From positions 133,362,001-133,426,000 of the forward strand of contig OX597814.1 of the NCBI GenBank assembly GCA_951406725.2: a stretch of 64,000 bases of DNA, read 5' to 3'. Positions 1 through 13,244 of the stretch are shown piece by piece. The notes beneath the pieces were generated by a model. The model saw only the letters and a program-made list of their open reading frames with translations, had not been told where the DNA came from and did no database searches. The stretch comes from Octopus vulgaris. Taxonomy: Eukaryota. Both the position numbers and the translations under genes were made by a program. How positions within the stretch are numbered: position 1 is the stretch's first letter; each line of letters begins with the position of its first letter.

Positions 1-40
<40 letters not shown>

Positions 41-214
41 ATCACGTGATCGACCAGACCATCAGATGTTGCTACACATCGCTGGTCACAATGCGTTCGC
101 ATTGTTTTAGCCTTTGAATGACGCCACCCCGCTGGCTAAGCGAGCAGGCCAACAGAAGAAAGAGTGAGATGAAAGAGTGGTGAAAGAGTACAGCGGGATA
201 TATATATTATATCA

Positions 215-251
<37 letters not shown>

Positions 252-469
252 TAACACTATGCATAAGGATTCACAGGGCATCAAACCTGTTTAGAAATAT
301 GAGTCAATATCACAAAATCAACCTCCACAATCACCAAAGTATGACAGAGACAAATGTAACCGAGTGAACGGATAAAGAGCCAGTGGGCCATATCTGAAAC
401 CATGGTACATGAATATCCGAATGGCATAATCCTTAATGTCATGTTAGTATGTTTTTCTTAAATTCTTTA

Positions 470-1000
470 TATAGTGGTGATGTTCGCGGGAGAGTAGGGT
501 CGCACCGATAGAGTCGTCAATATCACGACCGTATTGTTTAGGATTGAGACCAGTGAAACGTGAGGATATTTGGGCCTTAACGTATTGGGCCCATTCTCGT
601 CCCGATGACCACTCCCGAGATCTGCTGGTAAAACTCACCCGCGAACGAGAAGCAGTTAAGTAAGAGGACAAGTTCGGCCAGACGATGGAGTGTGGACGTG
701 TCAGGTTGGAGGTTGCGTCGAAGGTCAATGACATTTTAAAGTGCACGCAGCTCCTCGTGGTGAGAAATCACCGTGTATATACTCTTGATGTAAAGAGTGA
801 AGAGAAGTTTAGAGGAGCCAGGAGGGAAGGAGAAAGAGTTGAATAAACGAAAAAACGGTTGGTGGGAAGCCACTAGGGGGCAAGAACAAGGTCAAGATAT
901 CTGAAGATGAGTTCGGTGGGGCTATTGCAGGCGGAAATGAAGGGGCAGCCAGGATTGTTAGGATTGTGGATTTTGGAGAGGAAGTAAATTGTGGGGGTGC
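470..1000 (-). mobile_element. Penelope-like element reverse transcriptase remnant
   Basis: Minus-strand translations across frames give PTIYFLSKIHNPNNPGCPFISACNSPTELIFRYLD (~880-995) and GLNPKQYGRDIDDSIGA (decayed YIDD motif). Frameshifted. Confidence 0.8.
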
Positions 1001-1257
1001 AAAAAATAACTGAGATGTAGTTGAATTAGGTACTTAAGTTGAAGCACCAAATTAGTACGGTATTATCTGTACAACTCAAATTAAAGTAAATAGAATCAAA
1101 ATAAAATAGGCTAAAAAACGACATACAGTTATTAGAAATGTAGTATATTTTTAGCTATATTAGTAGCAACATAGACTCTTTCCCTCCTCTTGCTCTATTA
1201 GAGAATTTGAGTAAAATTATATTAATATGTCCAACTGACAAAAAATTATATTTATTT

Positions 1258-1345
1258 ATGCAGCTGAGGATAGGCCTGCATTTCAATTGATGTAATGCTT
1301 GCATTATTCAATTAAATGGAGCAGCTTGAAACGGTCGTACTGCAT
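1258..1345 (+). ncRNA. Type I hammerhead ribozyme in a PLE terminal repeat, with long stem II
   Basis: atgcag-CTGAGGA-t-[~56-nt hairpin aggc...gctt]-GAA-ac-ggtc-gt-A-ctgcat. Stem I is atgcag/ctgcat; cleavage triplet GUA at 1337-1339. Confidence 0.75.
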
Positions 1346-1378
1346 CACATCTTGATATCCTGTTGTTCACTTTGATGT

Positions 1379-1439
<61 letters not shown>

Positions 1440-1442
<3 letters not shown>

Positions 1443-2225
1443 ATTGTATTTTCATGCAACCTGCTATTGAAAAGACCGTTCGTTGAAAGGACCAATGAAA
1501 CAAAACCATTTTCAAAAGTGAATCTATCAAAGTAATTGTATATTTATGCAGGTAATTTTGTTTCAGTCTAAACAAAACTGTCCGACGAAAGGAAACGTGA
1601 AACACTGAGTAACAGATTTTGTGATATTTTTGCTGCTTTTTTAATAAAGCATATTACTCTACCTCCGGTATTTGATTTCTGTTTTTTCCCCCTTGTTTCG
1701 CATTTTGTGCTTACTCTTGTGTAACCCGCTGCTTCTTCAGAATGTTTGAGCGACTCTCTACAAGTGAGAAGAAGAAACAGCTGAAAGAAATGAATCTTTA
1801 CCCATTGGATTTTTCCCTAAAAAGTATACCCATCCCGGCATAGAAGCAATATCTCAAATGGGAGGATTTTATCCGAAGAATGAGATGGAAAGCCTTCCTC
1901 TTTGACACGAACCAACAATCTAACAGAAACAAATACGGCCATAAATCTAAAATTCCACCACCTATTTCAGAATTAGAAGCTTTTGAAAAAACCTTTTCGA
2001 GCTTATTAGAATTCAGCAACCCACTCCAGGGAGACACGAAGGAAAAAGTTAGAGGCATAAAGAACTCCGATAAAATCTTCGTAAACGAAAAAAGAATTAA
2101 ACGCAGTTGACAAAGATGTTTATAAATCTCTAGTTTCGAACAGCATTACAGATACCTACAAAAAAGATACAACGAATTTATATAAAAAGGTGAATTTGGA
2201 GGCAAGAATTGCTAGCGATCTAAAG
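1440..2225 (+). mobile_element. PLE 5' part: terminal repeat with degenerate HHR (~1578-1615) followed by N-terminal ORF remnant
   Basis: ctgt-CCGACGA...GAAAC...GTA-acag is homologous to 44673-44710. ORF 1880-2110 MRWKAFLF...YGHKS.IPPPISELEAFEK resembles the PLE N-terminus. Confidence 0.65.
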
Positions 2226-2850
2226 GCAAATGTATAGACGTCACTAAAGTGACAGAGTATAAGTTGGTATCAGCATTGATAGATATAAGATTCAAAACGA
2301 CTTATTAGCCACAAAAGCACTACTTTTGTAAGCTGACAAGGGAGCTAAAGCTACCCACGGTCGCATATATACTCATATCACGTGACCTCGAATTTTGATG
2401 CAGAGCATCTTAATTTTGTCAGTGATTCTCATTGCACCTAGGGTTAAGCTCAACTCACCACGTCAACTTAGAAGAAAAACACTTCTGTCACTTTACTGAC
2501 GTCTATAAATTTGCCTTTAGGTTGTTAGATTTCTAATAAGTCACTCATATTATTTGTAGGTTTCACATCATTTTTTAAATCATTGCATGTTTTCAACGGA
2601 TTTTTTTACAAGTGAGCTTAGCCTAACCCTAGGGGCAGTAAGAGCCACTGACGAGAATTATGATGCTCTGCAATGGCTATATCTACGACCGTAGTGAGCT
2701 TTGTCTCCCTTTTCAGCTTACTAAGATGATTCTCTTGCAGCTAATCAGTTGTTTTGACTCTTATTTCTAGCAACGCTAGTATCACTTTGTACTATCATTC
2801 ACTTTAGTGACGTCTCTAAGTTTGCCTCTAGGTAGTTAAATTGCTAATAA
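2215..2850. repeat. Degenerate foldback (long inverted repeat) element
   Basis: ~2215-2455 is the imperfect reverse complement of ~2610-2835 (e.g. agacgtcactaaagtga / tcactttagtgacgtct). 2485-2540 is a direct copy of ~2798-2850. Confidence 0.65.
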
Positions 2851-3289
2851 GCCATCCATATTATATATGTATGTGTATTTATGTATGTGTGTGTGTGTAT
2901 ACCAGCTGAATAAAGTTAAAACAAGGTCTGGTTTTCACGTTTTTTAATATAGTATTTTAAACTTTAAAAATATTTTGTAATGTTAATAATGTTCAATTAG
3001 CACTTTCATGCGTTCGTTATAATCATCAGATTTCAAAATGTATTTAACTGTCAGTTGAGATCTGCATTCAGCTTAAACGTCACGGTTTGCCGGGCATACC
3101 GGTATTCTGTAATTTGTTTATATTCATGTTAAGGATATTTTTTTAATCCACATCATTAACTGGTTGTAATATTATTGTTGTTATTTCCGTTCAGATCAGG
3201 TTTGAACATTTTAATAAAACGTTTGTTTTTTGTTTTGTTCTTTTTTTTTTTTGGTGGGGTAGTTATGTTTCTTCTAGCCTCACTTGTGT

Positions 3290-4180
3290 CATGTAGTTTG
3301 TGGAAAGGAAAAATTAGAAATATATCGCAATATCGATTAGGGATTGTACTGACCATAAAGGCTAATTATCATAACCCCATGAGTTAAGACGTATGGAAAC
3401 AATAAAACATGACATAGAGATTGCGAGAAGATATGGTACAAAAATCCCACAACAAAATTATATATACATTATACAACCATAAGAAACGTAGCTAGACCAG
3501 CCTCATTGGCCCTTTGGAGATTATATTAATTTCGATCCCGGCAGTACTATTTAACTCGCAGTGTACACAGAGTAAAAAAAAAGAAATAATCGATATATAC
3601 AAGGGCTAAATTTAAGTTCGATATGCTCACTAAGTTGAAACCGCCTTAAAATAATCAATCACTTTAAAAACAAGAATATATCAGACATCCTGAGACTGTC
3701 ACAGAACCGCAGCTATTAAATTTATGCTTTAAATAAAATTTAAATCATATATAAACTTAACGTAGCAAACTGAAGTTACTAAATATATAAATCAAGAAAA
3801 TAAGTGACCAAATCTATAAAACAATTAAATAAGAAAAAATATAACTTTCCACAAGAAGCCATAACATCAATATGAAGAATATTGCGACCGCAGTTGCACC
3901 TACGTCTTGGGTAATACCCCCAGTTTGATGGTAAATGGAAGGAACAGTAATAGAAGACGTGCGCAAAGAAAAACTACTTAACTACTCCTATGGTCGATAA
4001 TTGCTTGTATCCTTGTGTCTTAGGATTTTTGCCATTGCCATTTCTGTTTCATTTGTTGCGTTGCTCTGCATGTATTTCTGTCATCAATATCTGTCTATAT
4101 TTATGGATTAGTTTCTTTGCATGATCCATTAATGAACATTAATGACATCGGTGAAAATAGGGTTTTGATTTATGATCACA
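3290..4180 (+). mobile_element. Highly decayed PLE RT-thumb/GIY-YIG remnant
   Basis: LGIVLTIKAN resembles PLE LGLxITIxAN; later faint C-terminal endonuclease-like traces. Many stops. Confidence 0.3.
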
Positions 4181-4279
4181 TTCCTGGTTATATAGACATG
4201 CTATTTCGCTATAAGTGGATTCCGATATTCTTAGCATAGGCCTGGAATATAAGCTGAGAGGTATATCAAACACGGTTGT

Positions 4280-4660
<381 letters not shown>

Positions 4661-4912
4661 ACTAGATTTTTGTTGATTTCTTATGCCCCGTATTGGTAAG
4701 AAACGGGTTGTTAATAATACAAGTTGTGAATATCGGTGTACGCAATAATTTCAGTAAAATGTTTCCCGGCAAATGAATGGACACTTAATGATCGTCTTCA
4801 CTAAAATATCTCATTATATTTGCAACTATACAGATAAATATTAGACATACCATTTCGGTAACGATTGGAAATAATTTTATACCAGCGATATTGAATTTAA
4901 TACTCACAGTGC

Positions 4913-5001
<89 letters not shown>

Positions 5002-6182
5002 AGAAAAAGTGAATTTAACTATACAGCGAAAGTTATTTGAAAAAAATTTTTAAGACAAAAGTTTCCGATTTCTTTGCTCATTTTGATAAATACCTTCATT
5101 AGCAGGAGGTTACTATTTATTCAGAAATATAAATATACGTCAAAGCAATTTGGTTGAACATAAAAATACATTTTCATTGTTCTTTATTGTTCTCGTATTA
5201 TTAAATATCGATCTAGTTTTTCTTGCTCGTTCTAATGATATTTTAAATGGATGCACAGTAATCAATAATTCTATAATGTGCATCTTGTTTCAAAATATTG
5301 TTCAGAGATTCTATTCTAGAACAAATTTATAGCTGAAATATTTTCTCTTAATTGAAATACTCTTAATATAACAATCAAGTTTACACAAGATTATTTTATT
5401 TTCTATCAATATTTTATATAATAACTTTCTGTAGATCTTATTCTGATTTCAAAGATATTTTGCTATATTCTTCTTACCTATATCTTTAAATATGAATTCA
5501 AACATAATATATAAACCTGTTACCTCTTACAAAACCAAACTACAACATAAATTATGGTGGATGCTAAAGAGCAAATACGTATAGTTGTAAAATAGCCTTA
5601 AGACTACAATCTTCAACCGCCACGAATAACATATATATAATTTATATATAATTTATACAAGTGCAGAAGCCAAAATAATAGTATTAAAATGTCCTAATTG
5701 ATATTTATCTCTAGCAAGACTGATAATTTGCAAATCCTCATTACTGTTAATACTTATATATATGAGGAATACATTTTATTCTACAGTAAATGATTTTCCT
5801 TTTGCGTTAAGAACATTGAATTATTATCAATATTGACTACATAACCATCCGTTCCTACTCGTATTAATTGACAAGCAGCCACCTTTATTCTGCGGCTTTG
5901 TTTTCATCAAGCTTAGAGTTTTTATTAACACGGTAGTTTAACAATGCCCTTTGAACTATTGATATAACATTATATATTTTTTAATATGCTACATCAAATA
6001 CATTCTTTCTATTGATTCAATTAAGTTTTTGTAATTTTAGATACCAAGGAATTTAGTAGACAAAGATTGTAGGGTATGTAATTGTCTACTATGTAGGTAA
6101 TCATTTTAAAAATCCCTGTTTTATTTATTGTCGTCAATCCATGTGTTTACATACATTATTGATATTGAAGTTTTTTCAACAA

Positions 6183-6242
6183 CTAGCGCCACCTGTCATT
6201 CATCCCCAGTTTTTGCCCATCCATGGAACGTGATCTTTTTAT
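6183..6242 (-). CDS. Candidate terminal coding exon IKRSRSMDGQKLGMNDRWR*
   Basis: A 66-nt GT..AG intron (6308-6243, ends ttctgttgaacAG) joins it in phase 0. TAG at 6185-6183; AATAAA ~55 nt downstream (6129-6124). Confidence 0.5.
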   Translation of the reverse strand: MKRSRSMDGQKLGMNDRWR

Positions 6243-6308
6243 CTGTTCAACAGAAATGTGTTTTCAAAATCTACATTAATTAAAGACAGACAAATCGAAT
6301 GCTCTTAC

Positions 6309-6545
6309 AAGAATCGAAGTGAATGCTCTGCGGCATTCCTCCCCGCTCACTGCGCACAAGGATGTCAAATTTGACATCCTTTCGATGTTGACTAATAAAC
6401 TCCCTGTGGGTTCAAGACCGTAATCAGTTTTCATTCTCCCTGGATTTTTCATGTAACTTAAAGGTCCAGCCATGTCACACTGTGACATGCTGATCATAAC
6501 AAATAAAAGTTTCTGTGTGAGAGAAATACTCAGTCACTTACACAT
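6309..6545 (-). CDS. Candidate host exon of a small secreted or peptide-precursor protein
   Basis: Open frame 6512-6309 KLLFVMISMSQCDMAGPLSYMKNPGR...LCAVSGEECRRAFTSIL. It ends at a phase-0 donor GTAAGA (6308) and is preceded by an acceptor-like tttctctcacacAG (6513). In-frame ATG at 6545 with a TGA at codon 4. Non-repetitive sequence. Confidence 0.5.
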
Positions 6546-6979
6546 TGCTTTTACGAGGAGTAATTGTGTTTGTTAAAGAACAACCGAATCCTCAGTATTC
6601 AACAGGCATGCAGAATACAGCATTAAAATCGGTTTTTTATAATTATAATTACTGGGATGTATTTCATCATAAATAGTTGTAAATGTTATATGTTCCAAAA
6701 AGCACTAAAAAGTTCGGTGTCAATTTTTATATAATTGTGATAAAATACTGAATAAAATGAAATTGGCAATATCGGTTGAGGTGATTAGAAAAAGATCTAT
6801 TTTTTCATGACTTTAAACACCTATGTCTGACACGTGTATATTAAATGATGTACAATGCAAAGACTGTTTTATAAACTAGAAGTGACCTTCATGAGGCAGT
6901 GTGCCGAGTGACATCATTGTGTTCGCAAGTTGTGAAAGGTGCGTGCTTGTGATCACATGTTTGCTGTGGTCTGCGATTT

Positions 6980-7580
6980 TTGTAATGGACAGGAAGATAG
7001 TACAAAGTGACAACGTGAAATTTTACGTTAAACTTGGGAAGTACAGAGACAAGGAACATGATTCGTCAAGCTTATAGAGGCAAGCTTACGGCGGCAAGCC
7101 AATGGATCGTATGCAATGTTTCGTTTGGCACTGGCGCCCCAAAAGCAGAACTTCCCTGGAAGACGATGAGTGATTTTGAATACTTCACGAGCGTCAATCC
7201 CGGAAATGTGGTACTGTGTATCGAGAATTCGCAATCCCCACCCAGGGCCAGACCGTAAATCGAGAGTTTCACATTAACCTTTTGAATCGTTTGAAGGTGA
7301 GTGGAGTATTCGGCGAAAGCAACTGGATTTGTGGAGCCCGGAGGATCGGATTATTCACTGAGATCTCCATTCGTGAGTTTTTCGCCAAAATAACGCATAG
7401 TATCGCTTCGGCAACTGCCCTATTCTCCAGATTTAGCACCTGCAGACTTCCATCTCTTCCCCAAGATGAGAATGCAGCTGAAAGGAGCATCATTTTAGCA
7501 CCGTTGTCGAGATCCAGCGCGTATTGCAGAAGGTCCTCAACTCACTTACGGATAACGACCTCCAGGCCGGATTACAAAAG
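6980..7580 (+). mobile_element. Mariner transposase pseudogene (internally deleted)
   Basis: QGQTVNREFHINLLNRL and PYSPDLAPADFHLFPKM (~7419-7470). Frameshifts present. Confidence 0.85.
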
Positions 7581-8330
7581 TAGAACACAAATATTTTGAA
7601 TTAACCGATATTAATGAGTATATTGTTCTTTTGTTTGAAGATATGTTCCGACTCCGGCCATTTGATTCTAATTGGCGTAATAGATTTGTTGGATGCAGGC
7701 CATGCAGTGTTATTAACAAAAAAAGTTATTATCTTGTAAACGATAGGGTTTCGATTCTTGTTAGATGATTTGTAGAGCATTTTCAACTATATGATTTGGA
7801 ATGATATTGATCATGAAAATGTGTCTTTCTCTCCTTCACTGAATTCTTCTTTACTAGTTTCTTTATCTTCCTGTCTCTTTATATTTATCTCTAACTCACC
7901 CATTCTGCTAGATAACCCTTTTTAATTCATGCCCTGCATTTGTTTTCTACACTTTTTCTATCATGGCAATTATCTACTACAACGAATAGAAGTAAGCATC
8001 CCAATTATCGACTAGTAATGAATACATCTAACCATTATCTATCTTTTGAGAAGCATCCAAGAAATGCTCTGCATTGTTATTCAAAATGGCGGCTATAATT
8101 ATTGCCTCTGAAACTGGTGAAAGTTTCTGTTTCTCATTGTATAGAACGCGTTCAAAATCAATTCCTTATAGGTTGTGTTGTTCATAGATACATCCATACA
8201 TGCGCAAACAATGACACACAAAAAGTAATATTTAAGTGTACAAACAATTTCAAGCAAACCCCTGGTGTTTATATATCACTGCCAGCCAGACTTTGTACGT
8301 GATGTCTAGCATGTATATATATAAATGTGT

Positions 8331-8406
8331 GTGTGCGTGTGTGTGTGTGTATATATATAAGCATATATATATGGACATATGTATTTATAAAAATATGTGT
8401 ACATGA

Positions 8407-8451
<45 letters not shown>

Positions 8452-8456
8452 TGCCC

Positions 8457-8535
<79 letters not shown>

Positions 8536-8545
8536 TATATGTATA
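8331..8545. repeat. (AT)n/(GT)n microsatellite block (many similar blocks occur throughout the window)
   Basis: Directly visible; source of the YIYI... ORFs. Confidence 0.95.
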
Positions 8546-9059
8546 CATTAGTTTTGATAGTTACGTTTGTTTGTATGTGTTTATGTCTGGGATCGTTGTG
8601 TATGCATCTGTGTGCGGTTGATTTTAATTCTTATATAGTTTTATCGACGTATTTGCAAATTATCAGTACACAGTGACGCAAGCGAAACTTAGCAAACAAT
8701 GACACCGTAGCATTTGTTATCCATTGATGATATCTCAATTTAGAAACGACTGGAAAGCTCAGAGTTCTTGTCTTGATGCAACGTCTGTTTTGTTCCATAG
8801 CTGGGTAAACAAACTCACTATTGAAGATGGAAACAAGAGAAATGTATGAAGAAATATACAGATAATACAGGTACATATACAAGGAGCATATAAATAACAT
8901 GAATATAAGTTTTTCTTGTTTAAAAAGTAGTAATCATATGAATCTGAATCTAACAACTGTTTGATTTTGAACTTCAGTTTCGACGGTTTTACTTACATGT
9001 ATGTATGTATGTATGTATATATGTATGTATGTATGTATATATGTATGTATGTATGTATA

Positions 9060-9107
<48 letters not shown>

Positions 9108-9159
9108 TGTATATCTATGTATATGTATATGTATCTGATATGCTGCTATATATACCACC

Positions 9160-9197
<38 letters not shown>

Positions 9198-9201
<4 letters not shown>

Positions 9202-9434
9202 CTTTATTTTTTACAAGGGGCTAACACACAGAGAGGACAAACAAGGACAGACAAACGGATTGTCGATTACCATCGACCCCAGTGCTTTAACTGGTACTTA
9301 ATTTATCGACCCCGAAAGGATGAAAGGCAAAGTCGACCTCAGCGAATTTGAACTCAGAACGCTAACGGCAGACGAAATACGGCTACTCATTTCGCCCGGC
9401 GTGTTAACGTTTCTGCCAGCTTCCTCGCCGCCTT
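9198..9434 (-). mobile_element. tRNA-derived SINE, family B (Nin-domain-like core)
   Basis: Reverse complement of the 53047-53272 copy. B box GAGTTCAAATTC; core gcctttcatcctttcggggtcgataaattaagtaccag. Confidence 0.9.
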
Positions 9435-9554
<120 letters not shown>

Positions 9555-9894
9555 ATATGAGGGGATATTATTCCAAACTTACAGGGAAAAATTCAATTTA
9601 GAAATACTAAATCAGATTTCACAAGATATAGTATATATATATATATGAATTAGAAAAAAATACCTGTTATCAATTCAATAATGAATAATATATACGTTTT
9701 ATTTATCATTTTACACATTACTTAATCATCGTTATATGTTTTGTCTTATATTTAATCTTTCTATAATATGTAATCTTTCTAAATGGTATAATTTATTTTT
9801 TCATTATTGAATTGATAAGAGGTGTTTTTATGTAATGTATATATATATATATATATAACTGTATAACAACAAATCATCATATATATTCTCCGAT

Positions 9895-10250
9895 TTGCGC
9901 ATCCAATTCAGCCCAACCACCCACCCATCAATTTCAGCCAAATTTAATGAATATATTCTTAAACTGTCTAATATTACACATAACAGTTGTAAGCAAACTA
10001 GAAATGCTTTGTAAGTTACGGAGAGAAAGCTACTAAGGAAGACTCATTGTTGCTTCAAATCGAAGGATATATTTTATTATGATATATTATTATACAGTTA
10101 TTATTATACTATGATTCTTCCATAGTTGCTTTCTCTTCGTAAGTTACAAAGCTTTTTCTGCTTTGTTTACAAATACTATATGTAATATTAGACAGTTAAA
10201 ATATATGGCTGAATTTGATGGGTGAGCGTTTGGCCCAATCGGATGCGCAA
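9895..10250. mobile_element. Foldback/MITE-like element with ~155-bp arms
   Basis: Termini ttgcgcatcc / ggatgcgcaa. Internal pairs aactgtctaatattaca / tgtaatattagacagtt and gagaaagc / gctttctc. Confidence 0.7.
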
Positions 10251-10535
10251 GGTGCCTTGTAAGCGCTGACTTGTGGGTTCGATTCTGGGTAGGGTTAGCT
10301 CATCATTTAAAAATTGTCGCTTCATATCGAAGAAAATATATTATTATACAGTTAGGTATGTATATGCAGGGTTATTCATTACGAATATTTTAATAAAGAA
10401 AAGCACATATATATATATATATATATATATGGATATGTGTGTTTATGCCGTGTGTTTGTGTATGTGGCTGTGTCTGTGTGCATATATGTACATATATGAG
10501 TATATATACACACACAAATGCAACCACATACACAC

Positions 10536-10598
<63 letters not shown>

Positions 10599-10804
10599 TG
10601 CATACGTCACTAGAACTGTTACAATTCCTGGGTTAAAAACACCATTTGTTAGGAATTGACTAGATATACATAAATCGAGACACGCAGATAGAAGGAAGTG
10701 TGGACACATTCGAAAAGGCATAAATATTCAGATATGCATACTTACATACGTGCTGCTTACATAGATATATAAGAATATACATATATACATACACATACAT
10801 TCAA

Positions 10805-10850
<46 letters not shown>

Positions 10851-11985
10851 ATTCAATGTTTTGGATAACGACATAGCAAAGTTAGCTCTATTATCAAAAA
10901 CGTTACAAGTGGGCAATAGGACATTAGCTCGTTTGGACAGAGACGTTGATTTTGTTTGGAATGAGACTCACTGGGGGGCGTGCATGCAAATGTTAAGGTA
11001 GGTCCTTTGGTGAGTGATAGATTAATGAGTTCTGGGGCACGATGTAAGATATGAGAGGGTAGTGCAAACTTCTATGTCTGTATTATGGTCATGAGTTATT
11101 GCACGGTTAAACGAAACGCCAAATATCAATGACATTCAAAAGTGTCATTCCAAAAAGTACTAGTATTTTACAAACTACTTTTGCCAATACATCTTTATAG
11201 GTACAGTCCCTAAAAGTTTTTATGAGACTGAAATTTGATCATTTAAAGTTAGTGTATTTATAAAGGTGCATACCACCTGATCTTTATTTAGCAATGATTG
11301 AATAATTCAGATGTCATTAATGTTTGTGCGGGTACACAATTTTCACTAAAATCCACAGCTCAGTCAATTGCTTTTTAATTATTCATGATATCCATTCCCA
11401 GTCATATAATATGATAGTCCCCATTTTGCAATATTTTTGTAGGTTTTTAAAGTTCCTCTTGTTTTGAGAAGAAAATACATGGATTTTTAAACAAATTTTT
11501 ATCTATGACAACCAGATTTAACCTTCCTTCACATTTACACAACTTCAGAACATCCCTGTTCAATACAGATCATGCCGGAATTATTTTCTACATCTCTTTA
11601 GTCAATATTCGAACCGATCAAGTAAATCTATGATCAGTGGCGTTGCACTCATATGTGTTGTCTTTTCTATACAAGTTCCTCATATCGTCCAGACTGTCAT
11701 AGGCTCAAATATAGTAAGTCCACTGATACTGCTAATACGTTTGCTTTTATGTGCTTTCTTTATGATTTCTGAACTGATATGAATGGAAAATGCTCCTCAT
11801 ATGGCGACGTAGTAATATTCTGGAGTGATGTACCAGCGATAAATTAAGGGATAGTTCTACGTGTATTTTAGTAGGTGGGGATGTTGGAGATTCATACAGC
11901 AAGATATTTTCTCCTGGATATCCAAACGCTACATGATTTTTACTATATGCTTGATGGCGGTGTCCTTTGTAGTTGTGCTGTTTCA

Positions 11986-12033
<48 letters not shown>

Positions 12034-13171
12034 GTTATTATTGCTCTCTGTTGGCTAAAACTGTGAAGGGGCAAAACTGTTAGAACGCCCAGTAATATGT
12101 CTTTCGTTATTTCTTTAGATCAAATCCCATCGAAGTTAACTTCACCTTACATTCCTTCCCTCCGGATTTTACTAAATGTAACACTAATGAATCACTGTGG
12201 TCAATGTTATGGACTAACACCGTTTTCTCATGCCAAAAGTACAAAGGATTATGTTTTAGCATTGAGTAATTGTGACATTTGCTTGCGTGTCTCTGATTTC
12301 TATGGCTGCTTGAGTCATGTAGATAATTCCTGCTATTTGTCTCATCAGTTCTGTATCTGTGATATATTGACGTTTCGGTTGTGAGGTTTCATTCTATAAG
12401 ACCTTGTATTAATTTAGATTTCACGATATGTAATAGTTGTTGCTTTAGAAATATGTTGCTTGGTGACAGTTATGGGGTTGTAGAATTAGAAAGGCGTAAT
12501 TCTGTGCATTGGTTTAGATTTATGCTTTATGATATAAGTATGATCAAATAACTTACATTTAATGCTACATTTGTTATACGAATATTTTTAAATCTTAAAC
12601 ATCGCTATACTATATACAGATGGATTTATGTAGAATTTATTGGTGATCTCAATATTTTGCCATCCAATTATTTTTGAGCTTTCATTTCCCTATGAACGTC
12701 TTTTTTCTGTATAGGAAGATATTGCATTTAACGAGTTTATATTTACTTCTACATTCAATGTTGACTTAAATTTATAGATACATTTGTAATACCAAATATA
12801 AAGATATATTCTGTACTACCATATATAGAGAAATATGTTGTATATATCTCTATGACTTACATTTAGTACGTGACTAACTATATATTTTTAAAATGCGACT
12901 TTCAGTGATGAGTTAGTATCGTCTTCATTGATTTTCTTTCAGATTTTTAAAACTGTTATGATTTATATACGCTGTATATAAATCATAATCTGGATATTTA
13001 GTTGTGTCAGCATTAATACTTCACAGTGTTGCTAAGTACACTTGGTGCTTTTCGTATGTATTGATACGTTTGTCGTGATGTATTGGTTTTAAGTTCTTCT
13101 TTATTGCTTTTTTGATATAATAAATGTTGGCACTTTGGGGATATAGATCGAATGTACATATCTTCCGTTTC

Positions 13172-13244
<73 letters not shown>

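Noticed and set aside
33-200. Structured ncRNA or E-box cluster (cacgtgatcacgtg)
   Set aside because: Probably a short fragment of a dispersed repeat between AT tracts; no fold or family can be supported from this window.
6513-6541. 29-nt GTAAGT...CAG micro-intron removing the TGA
   Set aside because: Too short, and splicing would create ATG-TAA.
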